The notes beneath the pieces were generated by a model. That model saw only the letters and a list, made by a program, of their open reading frames with translations. It had not been told where the DNA came from and did no database searches. From NCBI GenBank assembly GCA_036447975.1, contig JAZFVY010000162.1, positions 1-28,794 on the forward strand: a DNA stretch of 28,794 bases, in the 5' to 3' direction. How positions within the stretch are numbered: position 1 is the first letter of the stretch; the number at the start of each line of letters is the position of its first letter. This document shows positions 26,950 to 28,794 of the stretch, piece after piece. The position numbers and the translations under genes were made by a program. This DNA comes from Desulfobacterales bacterium (GTDB lineage Bacteria > Desulfobacterota > Desulfobacteria > Desulfobacterales > UBA11574).

Positions 26950-26995
26950 ATAAGTCAAATTAATTAAAATTATAACTTGTATGATAATATGTTAT
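26950..26995 (-). promoter_or_regulatory. LysR-type box plus -35-like element for the cclA-cclB-phnW operon
   Basis: Minus strand ATAACatattATCAT (26981-26995), 22 bp spacer, then TTGACTTAT (26950-26958). Confidence 0.7.
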
Positions 26996-27121
26996 TCTTT
27001 GGAAGAAACGTTCAGGTGGATGGAGTGTTTGGATACATTATATTGAATATCATATCTGAAGTTTATTGGACTTCAAATTTATTTGTTTCCCCAATTTTTT
27101 AGGTCTAATAATAATCGTTCG

Positions 27122-27625
27122 TCAGGTCTTTATATTTGATTCCCTTACAGAGAAAATGGGTGGTGTGGGTAGTAAAACCAAAACAATTAATAAATCTACT
27201 ATATTAATATCCTTTTTAGGGGCTTTGGATGAAACTTTTGGTGATATTGCTGGTTCAGTTTTTTTGTTTTTGATATCTGAGACCATATCTATAAACCCTT
27301 TCACGATACTTCCAGTTGGGCCAGCGCCTGCACCAATAGCTTTACCTAATCCTTGAGCTACACCCATTAATAAAAAATATGCGACAATTGGAATAGAAAA
27401 AAAGAATATGACAAAAGGCATTACAAAAATTATATAAAGAATTTTAATAGCGTTTCTATATAATGGTGAAAAAGCATCTGGAAAAAATAATACGCAAACA
27501 ATAAAGGGACATAAAAATAATCCCAAAGATACCATAATAATTAACGCTATTTTTATAATTCTTTTACCTATTGATTTCTTATTACGCACGTGCTTACTCT
27601 TAATTAACTGACGATTATCTATCAT
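27122..27625 (-). CDS. Hypothetical membrane protein, AT-rich
   Basis: 167 aa ORF with a basic N-terminus, two long hydrophobic segments and a Gly/Ala-rich stretch. Visibly lower GC than the island. Confidence 0.55.
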   Translation of the reverse strand: MIDNRQLIKSKHVRNKKSIGKRIIKIALIIMVSLGLFLCPFIVCVLFFPDAFSPLYRNAIKILYIIFVMPFVIFFFSIPIVAYFLLMGVAQGLGKAIGAGAGPTGSIVKGFIDMVSDIKNKKTEPAISPKVSSKAPKKDINIVDLLIVLVLLPTPPIFSVRESNIKT

Positions 27626-27895
27626 TTATTATTGATCTTTTTAAAAAACACTAAAAAGTACATCTCAGCTTTATCAAAACTTCTGAGCAACGAGAAAATC
27701 ATAATAGATAATGAGGTGCGTATCGAGAATGAGGTCTGCAGAACAAGAGAGGTTTTAGTGTGAGAGCTGATTAGAGATCGAGGACAGATTTCGTAGGAGA
27801 ATCTTCATTTGGTACGGTAAAATAAAAAAGGTTGAATGTCAAAGGAAAGATTGTTCGGGAATACAATATATTGACATAGGAAAATGGGGTGGCTG

Positions 27896-27977
27896 AAAAT
27901 GCTTGATTTGTTGCCTGATGTTACACCTACAACTTATTTGAATCTATTGCTGATTTAGTTTGTAAATCAAGCATTTT
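27896..27977. repeat. 14-bp perfect inverted repeat
   Basis: AAAATGCTTGATTT (27896-27909) and AAATCAAGCATTTT (27964-27977), 54 bp apart. Confidence 0.7.
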
Positions 27978-28166
27978 TGGGGCTTCAATTTTTCCAGGTT
28001 CAGGGCAGAAATCGCGCATCCCAGCATTATTACCCCAAAAACACAAGATATGAGTATTCTGACTAAAAAGGCGGGGCTATTTCTGACCCTGCCTCAAGTA
28101 TTTTGTGATTTTTGGTTATCTTCTGAATTTTCTCCTGACTCTAACAAGACTGACTATCCCAATAAC

Positions 28167-28330
28167 AAAAAAGAGCATGAGCGCCATTGTAAATACAGGT
28201 CCATACAGGGCTCCGTACAGTCTGGGGTGTCTTGACATTGTGTAAAACACGTGAGGATTGCAAGCGGCTTACCAATCCAGATTCTGTGAGATAAACTGTT
28301 CGACCCACGCCTGAAGTGATCACGTCATGC
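28167..28330 (-). ncRNA. Candidate structured RNA, family not recognised
   Basis: Nested complementary segments (GCATGA/TCATGC, CAGG/CCTG, GGG/CCC, ACAGT/ACTGT) enclose two hairpins (GGATTG/CAATCC and GTGTTTT/AAGACAC), followed by a U6 tract. G-U pairs favour the minus strand. Confidence 0.4.
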
Positions 28331-28537
28331 CTAGGCAGTAGCTAATTCTTTTCTTTGGTTGTTTACCTGCTCGCTGATCATTTGACGCCTCTCGCCTTCG
28401 TACCTTCCAACAAAGAACATTGCCACCATACAGAATAAGGGCACGAGTAAGTGGTAGTTGATAATATTTTCAAGCATTGCGTATATGGCAAAAATGGACA
28501 ATAAAAACTGAAACAAAAATAGAGTGTTTGGTCTCAT
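28331..28537 (-). CDS. Small membrane protein (68 aa)
   Basis: RBS AGGAGG before ATG 28537. MRPNTLFLFQFLLSIFAIYAML...LLVPLFCMVAMFFVG gives two hydrophobic segments and a charged tail. Confidence 0.65.
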   Translation of the reverse strand: MRPNTLFLFQFLLSIFAIYAMLENIINYHLLVPLFCMVAMFFVGRYEGERRQMISEQVNNQRKELATA

Positions 28538-28609
28538 GGTGCACCTCCTGCGCTGAATATTAGATAGATTCAAAAACTTGGCACAAAATACGATGTTTTC
28601 TTAACGAGA

Positions 28610-28624
28610 GCATGTAGCATGCCA
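28610..28624 (-). promoter_or_regulatory. Possible sigma54 (-24/-12) promoter
   Basis: Minus strand TGGCATGCTACATGC has GG and GC at the canonical spacing (consensus TGGCACG-N4-TTGC), about 70 bp upstream of the small membrane protein. Confidence 0.45.
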
Positions 28625-28794
28625 AAGGGCAGAATAACTCCAAAGCTGACTAACATAGCAAATCAACAGGCAAAATCAGATTTTTGAATATGCAGTTTTG
28701 ACTTGATGTTATATTTATGAGATTCCACGGTCTTGGCTCTTTAAAGTTGAGAATGCGTGATTCCTAATGTCGCTCCCGCCTTCAGATCAATTCC

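Noticed and set aside
27755-27808. MKILLRNLS, resembling the start of an RRM RNA-binding protein
   Set aside because: Only 17 codons, with no RNP1 motif found in the downstream frames.
28167-28330. Firm call as 6S RNA, tRNA or group II intron domain V
   Set aside because: Only superficial resemblance; no cloverleaf, no catalytic domain V consensus and no typical ssrS gene context.
1-28794. CRISPR arrays, rRNA, tRNA, transposases or integrases
   Set aside because: No regularly spaced direct repeats or recognisable sequences of these types were seen.

Overview
Bacterial DNA. Gene content (corrinoid methyltransferases, a sigma54-type site, citryl-CoA-lyase-like genes) suggests an anaerobe, possibly Desulfobacterota-like; this is inference. 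About 27 kb of the window is one catabolic island centred on aminoalkylphosphonates. Recognisable parts are an Fe3+/2-AEP-type ABC transporter, phnW, phnA, two divergently transcribed pbfA-family PLP enzymes, an EamA exporter, and GntR and LysR regulators. No phnX or phnY is present in the window. Instead phnW lies in one gene run with a SauS-like CoA-acylating aldehyde dehydrogenase and two citryl-CoA-lyase-fold proteins, and a third such protein lies nearby. All three have lost the catalytic Asp. The island also holds a corrinoid methyl-transfer module: a pyrrolysine-free MtmB homologue, two corrinoid proteins, a URO-D-like protein and a truncated AcsE. A shared LysR-type element (ATRAY-N5-RTYAT, 22 bp spacer, TTGAYTTAT) sits upstream of seven transcription units and ties these parts into one apparent regulon. 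Working hypothesis: an anaerobic route for (N-methyl/hydroxy)-aminoethylphosphonate through phosphonoacetyl-CoA, with corrinoid-dependent methyl capture. Three decayed genes (pdxJ, acsE, gdh) lie in the middle. The last 1.8 kb is AT-rich accessory DNA with a candidate structured RNA. All family calls come from motif recognition by eye; no database searches were run.
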